Assembly (NCBI GenBank): GCA_964016885.1
Contig: OZ024741.1
Span: 154,690,001 to 154,754,000, forward strand
Direction of reading: 5' to 3'
DNA length: 64,000 bases
Origin: Eledone cirrhosa
Taxonomy: Eukaryota
Shown: in pieces, positions 39,961 through 53,289 of the stretch
Layout of the letters: every line of letters starts with the position of its first letter
Position numbering within the stretch: the first letter of the stretch is position 1
Notes under the pieces: model-generated
What the model was told of the DNA's origin: nothing
Database searches by the model: none
Seen by the model: only the letters and a program-made list of their open reading frames with translations
Program-made: the position numbers and the translations under genes

Positions 39961-40113
39961 AAACGTATTTATTTCACGAGGCTCGATAAGGATAAATATA
40001 TATCAAATATATAAGAACCCTATGGCAAATCCTGAGCAACGCCGGGCCATTCTGCTAGTATATATATATATATATATGAAATATCTATCTATATATATAT
40101 ATATATATATATA

Positions 40114-40316
40114 CAGGGTGTCCCACAAAAATGCATACACACTTCAAATGTTTAAATAAATTCTCTTTTATATGTATTATTTAAAATATATAAACATTTT
40201 TGGGTGTTTACATACAATTAAATTATGTATGTAGATCATTTTGTTTTTCGGAAAAGCTGTGAATTCTAATAAATATTGCTTGTACAGGTTGTGTATGCAT
40301 TTTTTGGGACACCCTG
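40114..40316. mobile_element. Tc1/mariner-type MITE
   Basis: TA|cagggtgtcccacaaaaatgcatacac ... gtgtatgcattttttgggacaccctg|TA. Confidence 0.9.
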
Positions 40317-40767
40317 TAAATACATATATATGTGTGTGTGTGTGTGTTTGGTTTCTGTTTACAAAATTTCACTCACAAGGCACTGGACAACCCAAAACTA
40401 TTGCAGACACTTGCCCAAGGTGCCCTACAGTGAAACTGAACCTGAAAGCATTTGATTACAAAGCAAATTCTTAAACCACACAGCCATGCCTGCACTTTAG
40501 TGATTAGTAAAGTGGGTGTGTCCACCATCACACCTCATCAATCTTGTTTGACAACTTCACCAACATGCATTGTATTCCATACTTTGTTACTGTTAAGTCT
40601 GTGTGTGTGTGTGCATATCTGTCTATATATGTATATATGTGTGTGTCTATATGTGTATATGCATGGGTATACATCTGTGAGTGACTGTGTGTCTATATAT
40701 GTGACTGTATGTGTTTGTTCATATGTGTCTATGTATGTGTGTGTGTGAGTGATTGTGGTTATGCAAC

Positions 40768-41930
40768 TGTGTGAGCCACTACGTATGTATGTGACTGTGT
40801 GTGAGCCACTATGTATGTATGTATGTGACTGTGAGTGAGCCACTATGTATGTATGTGACTGTGAGTGAGCCACTATGTATGTATGTATGTGACTGTGTGT
40901 GAGCCACTACATATGTATGTGACTGTGTGTGAGCCACTATGTATGTATGTATGTGACTGTGTGTGAGCCACTACATATGTATGTGACTGTGTGTGAGCCA
41001 CTATGTATGTATGTATGTGACTGTGAGTGAGCCACTACATATGTATGTGACTGTGTGTGAGCCACTACGTATGTATGTGACTGTGTGTGAGCCACTATGT
41101 ATGTATGTATGTGACTGTGAGTGAGCCACTACATATGTATGTGACTGTGTGTGAGCCACTACGTATGTATGTGACTGTGTGTGAGCCACTATGTATGTAT
41201 GTGACTGTGAGTGAGCCACTACGTATGTATGTGACTGTGAGTGAGCCACTATGTATGTATGTATGTGACTGTGTGTGAGCCACTATGTATGTATGTATGT
41301 GACTGTGTGTGAGCCACTACATATGTATGTGACTGTGTGTGAGCCACTATGTATGTATGTATGTGACTGTGAGTGAGCCACTACGTATGTATGTGACTGT
41401 GTGTGAGCCACTATGTATGTATGTATGTGATTGTGAGTGAGCCACTACATATGTATGTGACTGTGTGTGAGCCACTATGTATGTATGTATGTGACTGTGA
41501 GTGAGCCACTACGTATGTATGTGACTGTGAGTGAGCCACTATGTATGTATGTGACTGTGTGTGAGCCACTATGTATGTATGTATGTGACTGTGAGTGAGC
41601 CACTACGTATGTATGTGACTGTGTGTGAGCCACTATGTATGTATGTGACTGTGTGTGAGCCACTATGTATGTATGTATGTGACTGTGAGTGAGCCACTAC
41701 ATATGTATGTGACTGTGTGTGAGCCACTATGTATGTATGTATGTGACTGTGAGTGAGCCACTACGTATGTATGTGACTGTGTGTGAGCCACTATGTATGT
41801 ATGTGACTGTGTGTGAGCCACTATGTATGTATGTATGTATGTGACTGTGAGTGAGCCACTACGTATGTATGTGACTGTGAGTGAGCCACTATGTATGTAT
41901 GTGACTGTGTGTGAGCCACTATGACTGTGT
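40768..41930. repeat. Minisatellite, 30/34-bp unit gagccacta(c/t)..(atgt)n gactgtg(t/a)gt, roughly 36 copies
   Basis: Direct tandem array with variant units. Confidence 0.95.
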
Positions 41931-42869
41931 GTGCTTAAAGGTTTATCGATTGGTTGTAAGAATATGTGTTATACTGCAGAACAGGGGGGGGGGGCTTGTC
42001 TGATGTCTTTGTTTTATATATATATATGTATTGATGTATCGATAGATGTGTTTGTGTATGTGATTGCATACGTATTTTGTGTGTAATTATATTGATGTAT
42101 ATGTTCACATGTGTTTGTATGCATGTGTAAATGAGTGTGTGTGTCTGTATGTGCAAATGTGTGTATGTGTAAACGAGTATGTGTATGTATGTTTAAATGA
42201 GTGAGTGTGTGTGCATATGTGTAAATGAGTGTGTGTGTATGTGTAAATGTGTGTATGTATGTGTGCTTGTTAATAATTTTTGTTGTAGCAATTGTTTCTG
42301 TTCCAGATGACTGGTCATCCTGTTCTCCTCTGTCTAATCAATCAACTGGGATGGTAGTGGTGGTGGGGCAGAGAGTTAGGGGGGGGGGTATTGTGGAGGA
42401 GTAGTAGTGGTGCAGAGCAGTGTGTTAGAGATATTGTAATTGAGCCATTGTTCAGTCACATGTACAGAAATTCAACCACTGTAAGTAGAGTTTGAACTTG
42501 AGACCTTCTGGATCACAAGTAATAATCCTGCAGATTTTATTCTGCTGGATTAGTACTTGGCTTAGTAAGAGAGAAAGGGCAATGTTTATGACTCCTTTTC
42601 AAGGTCTTCATAACTAGATGGCAGAAGATGCTTGGCTGTATGCTATGCATATGAAGATGTGTGGCCTGATCATAAGGTGGTGCGTTCGATTCCTAGATTG
42701 AAAGGTGTACTGTGTTTCACATGGCTTTTCATGATAGGACTGGGGCCAGTATCATTTGTCAGGTTGCCATATTCTGAGGCTAAACAGATTAGATGACTGT
42801 CTTGCACATACATTTCATTTTGGCATGGTTTCTATGGCTGGATGCCCTTCCTAACGTCAACCATTTAAT

Positions 42870-43170
42870 GGTGTGTAGCAGCTGTTTCAAGCTTTTTCGA
42901 CTTATTTGACCAATTTGTTCCAAATATTACCTCTAGCTTTCTTGTAAGCTTTTGAATAGTTGTGCAAGGATTTGCTACCATCAAAGCCTTCAATTCATCA
43001 TCATCAATAGCTGAAGGATGTCTGTGACCATCTTCATTTTCAAGAGTGAATTCACTTTGATGAAAGTTTTGCATGTTGCACTGTGCATTCTTTAATACAT
43101 TGTTGGCACCAAACTTTATTGATGTTTCTAACCGTTTGTGGCTGAGTTTAAACTCATAGAAATAAATTTG
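42870..43170 (-). mobile_element. mariner transposase N-terminal fragment
   Basis: YFYEFKL...LENEDGHRHPSAIDDDELKALMVANPCTTIQKL. Confidence 0.8.
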
Positions 43171-43355
43171 GCCCAAATTCTTCCATGCTTGCATGGGTTA
43201 GATGGATTGTTCATGCTGGGAAACAAGTGAGGCCATGTCACACCTTGCTCCGGTGAGGACTATAAATTTGGCCGGGTATTTTACAGCTGGATGCCCTTCC
43301 TAACACCAACCACATTTACATATATATATAAATATATGTATATTAATATATATAA

Positions 43356-43472
43356 TAATTGTTTCTACTTTTGGCACAAGGCCATAAATTACCCAGTGCA
43401 TTACTGGTACTTTATTTTATCGACCCCGTAAGGATGAAAGGTAAAGTTAACCTCGGCGGGATTTGAACTCAG
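43356..43472 (-). mobile_element. MetaSINE-type fragment
   Basis: Reverse complement of the SINE consensus. Confidence 0.85.
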
Positions 43473-43919
43473 ATCATATAATAATAGATCACCATCATCA
43501 TCACCGTTTAATGTCAATTTTTCCATGCTAGCATGGGTTACTCCATTGTGAGACAAGCCGGGTCTCATACAGAGCTGGTTTTGGCTTGGGTTCTATGGCT
43601 GGATGCCCTTCCTAACATCAACAACATTTACAGTGTGTGCTGGGTGCTTTTTGTCGTAACACCTATACGACCACTTTACAGTGTGGTCTGGGTGCTTTTT
43701 GTTGTGACACCTACATAACCACTTTACAATGTGGGCTAGGGACTTGGTGGGAGGTGTGTGGGGATTGGGGAGGTGTGTGAGAGGTGGAGTGTTCGAGTGT
43801 GGGTGGAGTGTTAAGACATGGAGGTGTATGGAAGGGGGAGGGGGAAGGTAGTGCATACAAGATGCATACTTCAATCTGTGCACATGGGAAGGGAAATCTT
43901 CTGTATAACTGCTTCACAC

Positions 43920-44240
43920 TAGAGATCCTGTGCCATCATTGAATATATAAAACTTATCATATCAGTTCTTGATGCTTCTAACATCTGGTAGACTTTATCT
44001 GTATCTCTCCTAAAGTTTTGTTGAACCTTAATTGCTGATTTTGCTTCATGAAACCATGAAACACACCAAGCTTTTTGTTTCATAGATGCCATTTTGTTAC
44101 TGAAAATTACAACTACTTCCTGTAGAGGAGAAAATATCAAACATGTTCAGAAAAACTTTAAACTTGAAATTTATAAATTAAAATAATGAAAAAGTAAAAT
44201 ATCAAATAGTATTCGAGATATGGTATTTTATAATCAGGGA
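43920..44240 (-). mobile_element. Tc1/mariner-superfamily 5' fragment (DUF4817-like HTH)
   Basis: MASMKQKAWCVSWFHEAKSAIKVQQNFRR. Confidence 0.7.
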
Positions 44241-44785
44241 AAAACTTTATGCTCACTCTGTGTATATATAGAGTATTAATTTATAAAGGAACAAAGAATC
44301 AGTGTTGCATCATATACATATTTATTACATATTACATATGTTTCACTGTCGATCAGCTCGAGGAACGATCTATTAATGAGCGAACCTCACTCTTTTATAT
44401 ATTAATACTATTGATACTCTGCTCCCCAAGAGCATCGAGTGCTCACTTGGCATAACCCCTATGGACGCAATTAACTTGCAACTTAACACCTATATATGTG
44501 TGTGTGTGTGTGTGTATTTATGATAGTAAAAGAAAAGGCAATATCACAACATTCATGGGATATCACTTTATCTCTTTTCCATGTATCTGCAGGATTGATT
44601 AGGAATGGTAATTGCTAGAGATTACATAAATTCAATGATACACAATGGATACCTAAAGCTTACAATTAGTTACAAAATATGCAAATAAGCAACAAGAACT
44701 GGTTATGCTCATTTGCATAATGATACATTCATTAGCGATTAACCAAAATAATGATAAATTTGGAAATAAGTTTCCATGTATATAG

Positions 44786-45021
44786 TTAACTCTTTTGTGA
44801 CCATAAATATAATGAAATACACTTTATTTCAATTAATTAATGAACATTTTTAAGGGATTTACTAAAATTATTATTTCATTACTAAGATAGTAACTTAGCA
44901 TATAGTTCTTACATAAAATTATCTTGAAAGATTTTCATTAAAAATAGGAACCTTTAAAATGGCTAGTTTTGTTTTATAAAAGCAAAACCAGTTATGGCTG
45001 GGTTGGTATCAAAATGATTAA
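44786..45021. mobile_element. piggyBac-type MITE (TTAA-flanked)
   Basis: TTAA ctcttttgtgacc ... ggtatcaaaatga TTAA; related copy at 58215-58437 and fragments near 30960 and 53150. Confidence 0.6.
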
Positions 45022-45919
45022 TTAATATACATTTAACATCACTGTACAAACAGACCCCAAGTGTATGTATGTGTGTGTAGTTGTTTGAATTTACTCTTCA
45101 TGATGCCCCTTTACATATGGTAGTCTAGTTTTTTGCTGTCTGTCTGTCTGCCTTCCTCCCCTCCCTTGTTTTCTCTCCTTTTCTCTCTCTCCCTCCACTC
45201 TATATTTTTCTCCTTTACTCTCACTCTCCTCCTCTCCCACCAGCACCATAATATATTGTGTGTATTGTCCAATATTCAAATTTGCCAGAATATCTCAGCC
45301 ATGATAATAGGGATATTAACTATAGGAACCTTCCTATATTGAAGATTATGGAAGCTTTAGAAGGATTATCTCAGCAATAGGCAACTTTGAAAACCTATTC
45401 CATTTCTTCCAGTATGGGGGGGGGGGGTATCAGAAAAGAAGTACACATATTTGTTTAAAGACCCAGTGTAGGATGGGTGGTGGTGGTGGTTTGATAAAGA
45501 GCAGTATTGTTGTTGTAACTGTGTGTGTGCGTGTGTCATACATATATGTACCCCCACATATACACACTCAGCTTCCGGAATCCACACACCCTGACCCCTC
45601 TCCTTCCACATGCACGCACACATCGACTTACACCCCACCCCACACACACCTTTTCCTGAACATGGAACCTCGTTCTTCCCCCAACTCTCACATTCACATA
45701 CACACACACACGTACACCTACACACATACACAAACACCACCTTCAGTCTTCCCCGCTTCACCCCCCCCCTCTCCCAACTCCACCTTTACACGCCTCACAC
45801 CCTTCCACCACTTGTTCATTTTATTGTTTATTTTTATGTTCTCCTTACCCCTTTTTTCTAAATGTCTTTCCACCCCTCCTCTACACACCCTTGGAACTCT
45901 CTTCCTACCTAATTTTCTC

Positions 45920-45947
45920 CTGAAGAAGGGCTTATGCCCGAAACGTC
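45920..45947 (+). ncRNA. Minimal hammerhead ribozyme core (PLE type)
   Basis: CTGAAGA-A-GGGC-ttat-GCCC-GAAACGTC: complete core, 4-bp stem II and ACGT palindrome; stem I not evident. Confidence 0.7.
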
Positions 45948-46697
45948 GTTCCCCACCCCCCACTCTCAAGAGCGTGAACCTAATAAACCTTTATTTGTCT
46001 GCCTCTCTGTTTTTGTTCCCGTCCAACTTTTTACTATATACATATACATATATATATATATCATCATCAACATCATTTAATGTCCATTTTCCACACTTGC
46101 TTGGGTTAGATGGGTTGTCATGTTATGAGACAAGTCATGCTTTGTTTATATGGACCTGTATTTTGGCTTGGTTTCTAAAGCTGGATGTCCTTCCTAACAA
46201 CAACCATATTACAATGTGGACTGGGTGCGTTTTATCATGGCAAACACCATACCATCAGTCTTGAAAAAGCACAGCTATTCTGCTGTCTATCCACTGAAAG
46301 AATAGATGGATCATCATCATCATCACCGTTTCACGTCCATTCTTCCACGCTAGCATGGGTTAGACGGGTTGTCCTGTTGTGGGCAGTGTGCAGTTGGCAT
46401 ATTGTCTATATGCTTCAGCTCTGGCTTGTTCCTGTGGGAAGTCGGGTCTTCTGTATTACTGCATGACGCCAGAGGTCACGGTCGTGTGTCATTGCCCTTG
46501 AGAGATGCAATTGGGTAAGGTCGGCTTTTATCACCTCATCCCAGGTCTTCCTCACTCTGTGGCTTCCATCGACTTTCCCCCCACTCCGCGGATTTTTATT
46601 AAATAAGTGAGTGAACAGGTCACATGGAAGAAAAGCAATTAGGTAGATAAAGATTAAGTAAATAAATAAGATAATACAGAAAAATATGCAAAATTAT

Positions 46698-47015
46698 GAC
46701 AGGGGTAATATATCTATAATACAGGCTACTCTAGCTATTATGTAGGCTAATATAGTTATAATGTTATCATCAGAAATAGCTGTGGTGAAAGCTATGGGTT
46801 TGTAGGCCAAATCAACGGAGCTTCCCTCCCTGTTTGGTTTTCTCAATTTGCTGGTCTTTGAGAGAGTTGAAAGCTGGCATCTGACTTTAGCTGTCACTAG
46901 TTGTTAAAGCACTGCTATAGTCAAGCCACATCCACACATACACAACCATATGTATTTTGTATGAACATTCTGGAACATCACCCATTGACATTGTTTTGCT
47001 TCAAACCAATCATAT
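46698..47015 (+). repeat. Unclassified ~300-bp repeat, copy 1 (copy 2 at about 48467-48760)
   Basis: Shared caggggtaa start and a near-identical caaccatatgtattttgtatgaacattctggaacat block. Confidence 0.75.
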
Positions 47016-47029
47016 TCACTTTCAGCAAT

Positions 47030-47352
47030 GATAAAAAATGGGTAAAGACCCCTTCAGTCATAAATGACCATGGGTTTTGCACCTAGTAGGCCCCCTTTGA
47101 GGCACAAGTCTGAGCAAGTTGTGGAAGACCAGCAGTTGATCTTCCCTCCCCCATGTCTCTGATGTTGTCAAAGGGAAAAGCAAAGGCTAATACAGCCTGG
47201 CACCAGTGACATTGCAACTCATTTCTATAGCTGAGTGAACTGTGAAATATAGTGTCTTGCTCAAGGACACAACAGATCACTCGATCTGAGAATTAAACTC
47301 ACAACCTCATGATTGTGAATCCAACTCTCTAACCACCAAGCCACAGGCCTTC
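47030..47352 (-). mobile_element. CORE-type tRNA SINE
   Basis: agtgtcttgctcaaggacacaac CORE-like block; tRNA-like head at the right end. Confidence 0.75.
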
Positions 47353-49474
47353 ACTAGTTATAAATTGTTTACAATGTAAATAATGTGTTTTTTCCCTTTC
47401 AATTCGTTTTCCTCACAAACACACATTTAATTTTGCTTCGATTGATGACCCATTCCCAATCTGAATATGCAGACTTTGGAAGAAAAATTTTCTTTCTATA
47501 AACACACTGCCATAAAGAATATTTCTCTTTAAAAAAAAACATAACACACAAACAAATACAAATTTCTTTGTGTGTCATCATTAAGTCACCACCAGATTGT
47601 ATCGAAAACATTAACTTTTAGCGTCACTCCAACAAACAAAATTTTCATTTTGCCATTCAGTGCTTTCTACATATAAAGTCTAGGAGAAATTATACTTCAT
47701 TCTCAAGAATAAACCAAGAAAACCAAACTTTTTACACACAATTATGTTTACCATGGTTCCTGCTACAACAACAGTAACAGCTCTGTTTGAAGAGCTTCAA
47801 CCTGTGTGCAATGACAACAAATAGCAAGGAAATATAAAGAAACATACAAGAAGAAAACAAAAATACTGATAATGAACTGCAATTGTTTGGGACAGTTATA
47901 TGTATTTTTCTTCTTTTCCACCCCACAAAAAACATTTGAATTTGAACTCCGAATTCTATCATTTTTCATAACGTTTTATTTCTGTTTCCTGTTTCACAGT
48001 TAAGACATGATTTTTTTTTTTCTGCAGTCTTTTTTTTTGATAATCCTTTTTCTAATTTTGATGTTTTATTATTTCGTTTTTATTGAATTTACTGTTTTAA
48101 ATGTTTACACATCCACAAACACATTCATTTCAACATTTTACACACATACACAAGTCTATAGCTACCATATAGCTATTTTGCAAGATATTCTACTCCCTTC
48201 TCTCGAATTTCAACTAGCTTCTTGAGTATGGACGAGCTACTACACATCCATCCAGATTCATGTGAGCTTTCTAACTAGTCTCAACTCTGTGATTCATTGG
48301 GACACACACAGGCACTTGGTTATCAAAACTACATGGAACAAACACCGGCTCTTGATCCAATATATTCAACATATACACTAACAACAGTAACTTTTCTCAC
48401 TGCTTCTTGATTCAATTGCTTGTTTTCTCAGCAATCTGGGATGTGAAGTAATGTAGTAAAATTATAACAGGGGTAACCTGTGTATATGAAATGCAGGCCA
48501 AATATAGCTATAACATCATCACTGGAAATAGTTATAGTGAAACTTACGGGTATCTGAGCCTAATTCAATCCTGTTTCTCCCTCTCTCAGTCTTCTCACTC
48601 TGCTGGCCTCTGAGACAGTTGACAGCTGACATCTGGCTGTAGTAAGTCATTGGTTATTAAGGCAGTGCTACAGTCAGGTCACATCAAGCCATATCCACAC
48701 ACACATACAACCATATGTATTTTGTATGAACATTCTGGAACATTAACCATCAACATCATTATGATTGGAAGCAATCATATGTATTTATTCAAGTGATAAA
48801 TTGTTTACAAAGTAAATCATCTTTATCTTTCCTTCAAAGCCTCCTGCCTTCCACGCCAACATATGAATATAATTTCGTAGTATATAAATCTCTCTCTCTC
48901 TATATATATATATATACACACAATGCACACACACACACACATATATATACACGCATGAGTACATATTCTTATGTATAGACATATTTATACAAACATACAC
49001 ATATACAAACCTATATAAGTGCATAGATAAAACTAGACACAGACAAATATATACACATTTACATAGTCTCAGTTACTTCAATTCTATATCTAAACTGATT
49101 TAACTTTATCAAATACTTTGGTTGCTAAGAGCACAAAGTAATACTTATCTTAAATTAACTACCATTATGAGTGCTAATAATATGCAAATTAATACATCCA
49201 TTTCAGGATACTACTATAAGTGATAAGATATATAAGCCCCTTGATTAGAGATTTCCTTGTTGTTTTAATGATATACATGTTTTCTGATGAAAGATCAATT
49301 AGGCTTGAAATCTGGTTAAAGGAATTCATTTATTTATTTAATTCACAGTGAAATATTCGTTATATACTAAAAACATAAAGTTATATTCACATTTACCTTG
49401 TCTAGAGTACTTCTATTCTGTGTATATACAGATATAGATTTATCACATATATATTCTTCTCCCCCCCCCCCCCC

Positions 49475-50185
49475 CCCACTTATTCCTGAGAGGGTGGTGG
49501 AGGAAGAGTTCTCAAACACTCTTTCCAGTGGGTCCTATCAGCAGCAACTGATCCAGTTGGATACCCAAGCGAGACCAACTGAGCTCGCAGATGTTACCCA
49601 ACCATCTTGCTCGGGATCTACCTTTGGGTGTCCTGCCAGTTGGTTTTGCCCGTAAAATCTGTCTAGCAATACTTTCCTGAGATATTCTAACCAAGCTGCA
49701 ATTAATCAATTCAGAGAAGTGGCTCTACTTGGAGTAACTCTCTTATCTCCAAGTTACACACTCTATCGAGTAACATCACTCCAAAAGCCCTTTGAAGGAG
49801 CCTTATTTCGGCCGCTTCTATTCACGATCATTATCCAAGATTCATGACCATAGGTAAGGGTTGGCACAAATACTGAATTGAAAATAGCAAGTTTGGCTTT
49901 TACACCTACCTCCATTCTCCTGATTACCAAATGTTGAAGCTGGCTCATTACTCCACTAGCTGCTGCAATTCTTGCAGTTAATTCAGCCCCTTGCCTTCCA
50001 TCACTCGGGAAAATGGCCCTGAGATATTTGAACTTCTCCACTTACTTCAGTGGAACTCTATTCACATGTAGAGTGCACTGTGCAGGCTTCCTTGAGAGGA
50101 TGAGTGTCCCAGTTTTCGCAGCACTGATTTTCATTCCAGCCATGCAGCACTCAGCATCAAACCTATCGAGTTTAAGTTGGAAATC
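49475..50185 (-). mobile_element. RTE (Expander-like) 3' fragment
   Basis: EKFKYL...PTLTYGHESW; GRTPKGRSRARW. Confidence 0.88.
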
Positions 50186-50188
50186 ACT

Positions 50189-50450
50189 TATGTGTGTGTA
50201 TTGAACAATGAAAAATAAAACAAAAGTTGAAGATAGGTTCTTAATTATTTCATTATTTTACAATCGTTTCAGAGGGTTGATTGATCATAGTAAATCGATA
50301 TATTGACTATTAGGTAACCACTGCTTATTAGTCAATATATTGATTTGCCATGATCAATCAAACCTCTGAAACAATCATAAAACAACGAACTAATTCAGAA
50401 CCTATTTTCGATTTTTGTTTTATTTTTCATTCTTCAATACACACACATAT
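50189..50450. repeat. Long imperfect hairpin (about 125-bp arms, short loop)
   Basis: Left arm reverse-complements the right arm with about 15 mismatches. Confidence 0.9.
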
Positions 50451-53289
50451 AAATGACTCCGTGGCTTGAGTAGAGTCTTTGACGGAACCTTATACATGAT
50501 ATCATTGAAATTATCTCTTCAAGACTGCGTTGAGTTCTAACAATGTTTACAACTAAAGTTGGTGGATTATTTGATCAACCAACTTTCTTCACATGAATAA
50601 TATATATATTCAAAACCAGGGTGTGTGTGCACAAATCAATGGAAAAACGAATAGTCCCATCTTCTTAGTCAACCTATGTAAGTAGTTTTGGTACATTAAG
50701 GTTGATATTGTTCATCCCAGAGCACATTGTGACATAACAAAACAGGTGGAGGCAAAAACAGAACAAGTTATACGTATGTGTATCATCATCATTTCATTTT
50801 ACGTCTGCTTTTTCCCTGCTTGCAAGGGTGGGGCGGGAACTGATTCTGGCTTGATTTCTACAGCTGGATGCCCTTCCTAACACCAACCTCATTTACAATG
50901 AGTGCTGGGTGCTTTTTTGCCGTGGCACCTCCACGACCACTTTACAGTGGAATGATAGGGACCCCAGTCCCTATCATCTCATTTCTACAACTGAGTAAAC
51001 TGGAGCAATGTGAAATAAAGTGTCTTGCTCAAGGAAACAACACATCACCCGGTCGATTGCAAGGCCAATGCTCTAACCACTAAGCCATGTGCCTCCATGT
51101 GTATGTATATGTATAGTGTGTGTATATATATATATGCATGCATATGTCATATATACACACAGATATATGTGTATTTAATTTCTTGTAAAAGAAGTGTAAT
51201 AGAGGGAATAGATGCTGAGATATTGAAAGGGCAGGGGTGGGTGTTTGATAAACTGATGTTTTGAGAAAGAGAGAGAAGAGGGTACTAGGAAGAAAAAGAA
51301 AGATAGTATATTACTGATGGAATGTTTTTACCTAGTTTGATTCTAAAGTCTAAAGTCTGTCTTAAGCCAGAAGGCTCATTTGGCCGCTGCTTATCCCGGT
51401 TTCATGGCATGAAGTGACTGAGAGTACAAGATATCCCTCTGGACAGGATGCCAATCCATCACAGGGTTAAATCCCCAGCTATTGCTGGCACTCATTTTCA
51501 GCCGAATATACTGGAGCAACGTGAAACCCGGGAATTGAACCCACAACATTATGATCATAAGTCCAACACACTTACCACTAGGCCATGTGCCTCACCTTAG
51601 TTTGATTAAAAAATTTTTATTTCACTGACATAATTGTGGATCTTGGCAGTATGTTAGCTATGTGGCAATATGTATTGTGTTAATTAGTTATGAAGTTTAT
51701 GGTGTATTTTAATAATAGGGGTTCTAGTCCTATCATGAAAAGCTGGTGCTTATTTTATTTAGCTGAATGAACTGGAACATGAAATGAAGTGTCTTGACAC
51801 AGTGCAGCATCCACTCTGGGAATCAAACTTACAAACTTATAACCACAATTCCAACACCCTAATCATTAGGCCACATACCTTGACTCTCCCTGTATATTAC
51901 AGCCAGAGAAGATTATTTCCTTGTGTAATATGTTTATCTTCATTCATCTGTATTGTGACAGCACTTTAGTGTCTGCTGTATAACAGTGAACCATTAAGTG
52001 TTTGTAAATATTTATATTTATTGAAACTGATGGTTTCCTAAGCACTGACTTCTATTAATGAGCCTCTTGAGGATTTGAAAGCCAACACATTGTACACATA
52101 TTCTGAAATGAAAAATAAACAAGAAAGTAATTTACAGTTCACCTATGCAGGTTTAGCTGGATGCCTACGATGTTGTATCTCATAGGCTTCTCAGCTGTTT
52201 TTGTGATAAAGGTTCCAGTCTTTACATGTTGTTAGAGCTCACACCTGTGTAGATTTAGCTGGCCTCATAGGAGGTTTCTTGGTTGTTGTAATGATAGGGG
52301 CCCCAATCCTGTTATGTTGCTGTTGTTACAGCTCATGCATGTGAAGGTTGTTACAGCTCACACTTATGGATGTTTATCTGACCTCATATGTGGTTGTATC
52401 TAATAGGGTTCTCAGGTGTTTTATTGATAAGGACTCCAGTTTTATTATGAAAAGACACTTGAAATGAAAAATATTGCCCAAGAGAACAATGCCCAGGAAT
52501 GAAACCCATGAGCTTATGATCTTGAGTTCAACACTCTAATCCCTATGCCATGTGCTTTTACCCTGTAAGGGTCAGATGATAACCTGGACTTCGCTGGCTG
52601 ACTGGTGAATCATTGATGCATTTCAAAAAATAAAAAAAATGTCATTCTTGATAACAAAACAACTCAAATTATTATATTGAAAATGATAGTAATCTTTTGT
52701 TACCTTATTCCTTTACTGGTTTCAGTAATGAGACTGTGGCCATGCTGTAGCGCTGTTCTTTGACTGGTTTCAGTCATTAGCATGCATCCATGCTGGGGCA
52801 CTACCTTGAGAGGGTTAGTCGATTATACTAACCCCAATTGATCACTATTTTTCAAACTGCTAAATTATGGGACACGCACACGGACATAGACACACACACA
52901 CATTATGACAGGCATCAGTAATTTCCTGTTGGAAATCCTTTCAATGCGGAAACCCAATATGGCTACAGTCAAATGACTGTGACCTGTAAATGAATGAAAC
53001 AGTCTACTTGCTCTCTCCATAATATTGGAAATATTTATTCTAAACATTATTTATTAATCTACCATAATTAACCACTGTGTAATGTATGTATTCTTGAGTA
53101 ATGGTCTGTTAAATATTGCTTTTGTCACTGGTATATTGATACAACACAACATTAACGTTTTTCATACCAAACCATCTGAAATTTCCAATACAATAAAAAC
53201 CTGCTTATTTTAAAGTGTTTAAAGCCTTCCGTCATAATTTTATTTAAGAACCTTTGTTAAGTTATGTTTCAAACACCAGCTTCATAATA

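Larger units (their letters stand above)
38227..40058 (+). mobile_element. Non-autonomous Helitron (second family) carrying nested fragments
   Basis: A|TCTCTATATATAAAA 5' end; ...gagcaacgccgggccattctgCTAG|T 3' end. Confidence 0.7.

Noticed and set aside
40768-41930. Regular ~30-bp array resembling CRISPR, plus SHT-repeat ORFs
   Set aside because: No unique spacers, no cas genes, eukaryotic context; it is a minisatellite
45473-46264. 263-aa ORF
   Set aside because: Runs through low-complexity CA/pyrimidine tracts, a TA repeat and an RTE-derived element
47752-47801. 50-nt minus-strand exon candidate with good splice signals
   Set aside because: The phase-0 frame needed to follow the 62114 exon hits a stop; too short to support without RNA data
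48218-48261. 44-nt plus-strand AG...GTGAG exon candidate
   Set aside because: Such short matches are expected by chance; no partner exons or recognisable peptide
52865-53047. Apparent minus-strand exon after ...tttacag
   Set aside because: Sequence matches the cagtcatt..tg(t/c)ggccatgctgg repeat also seen at 6170, 7390 and 52720
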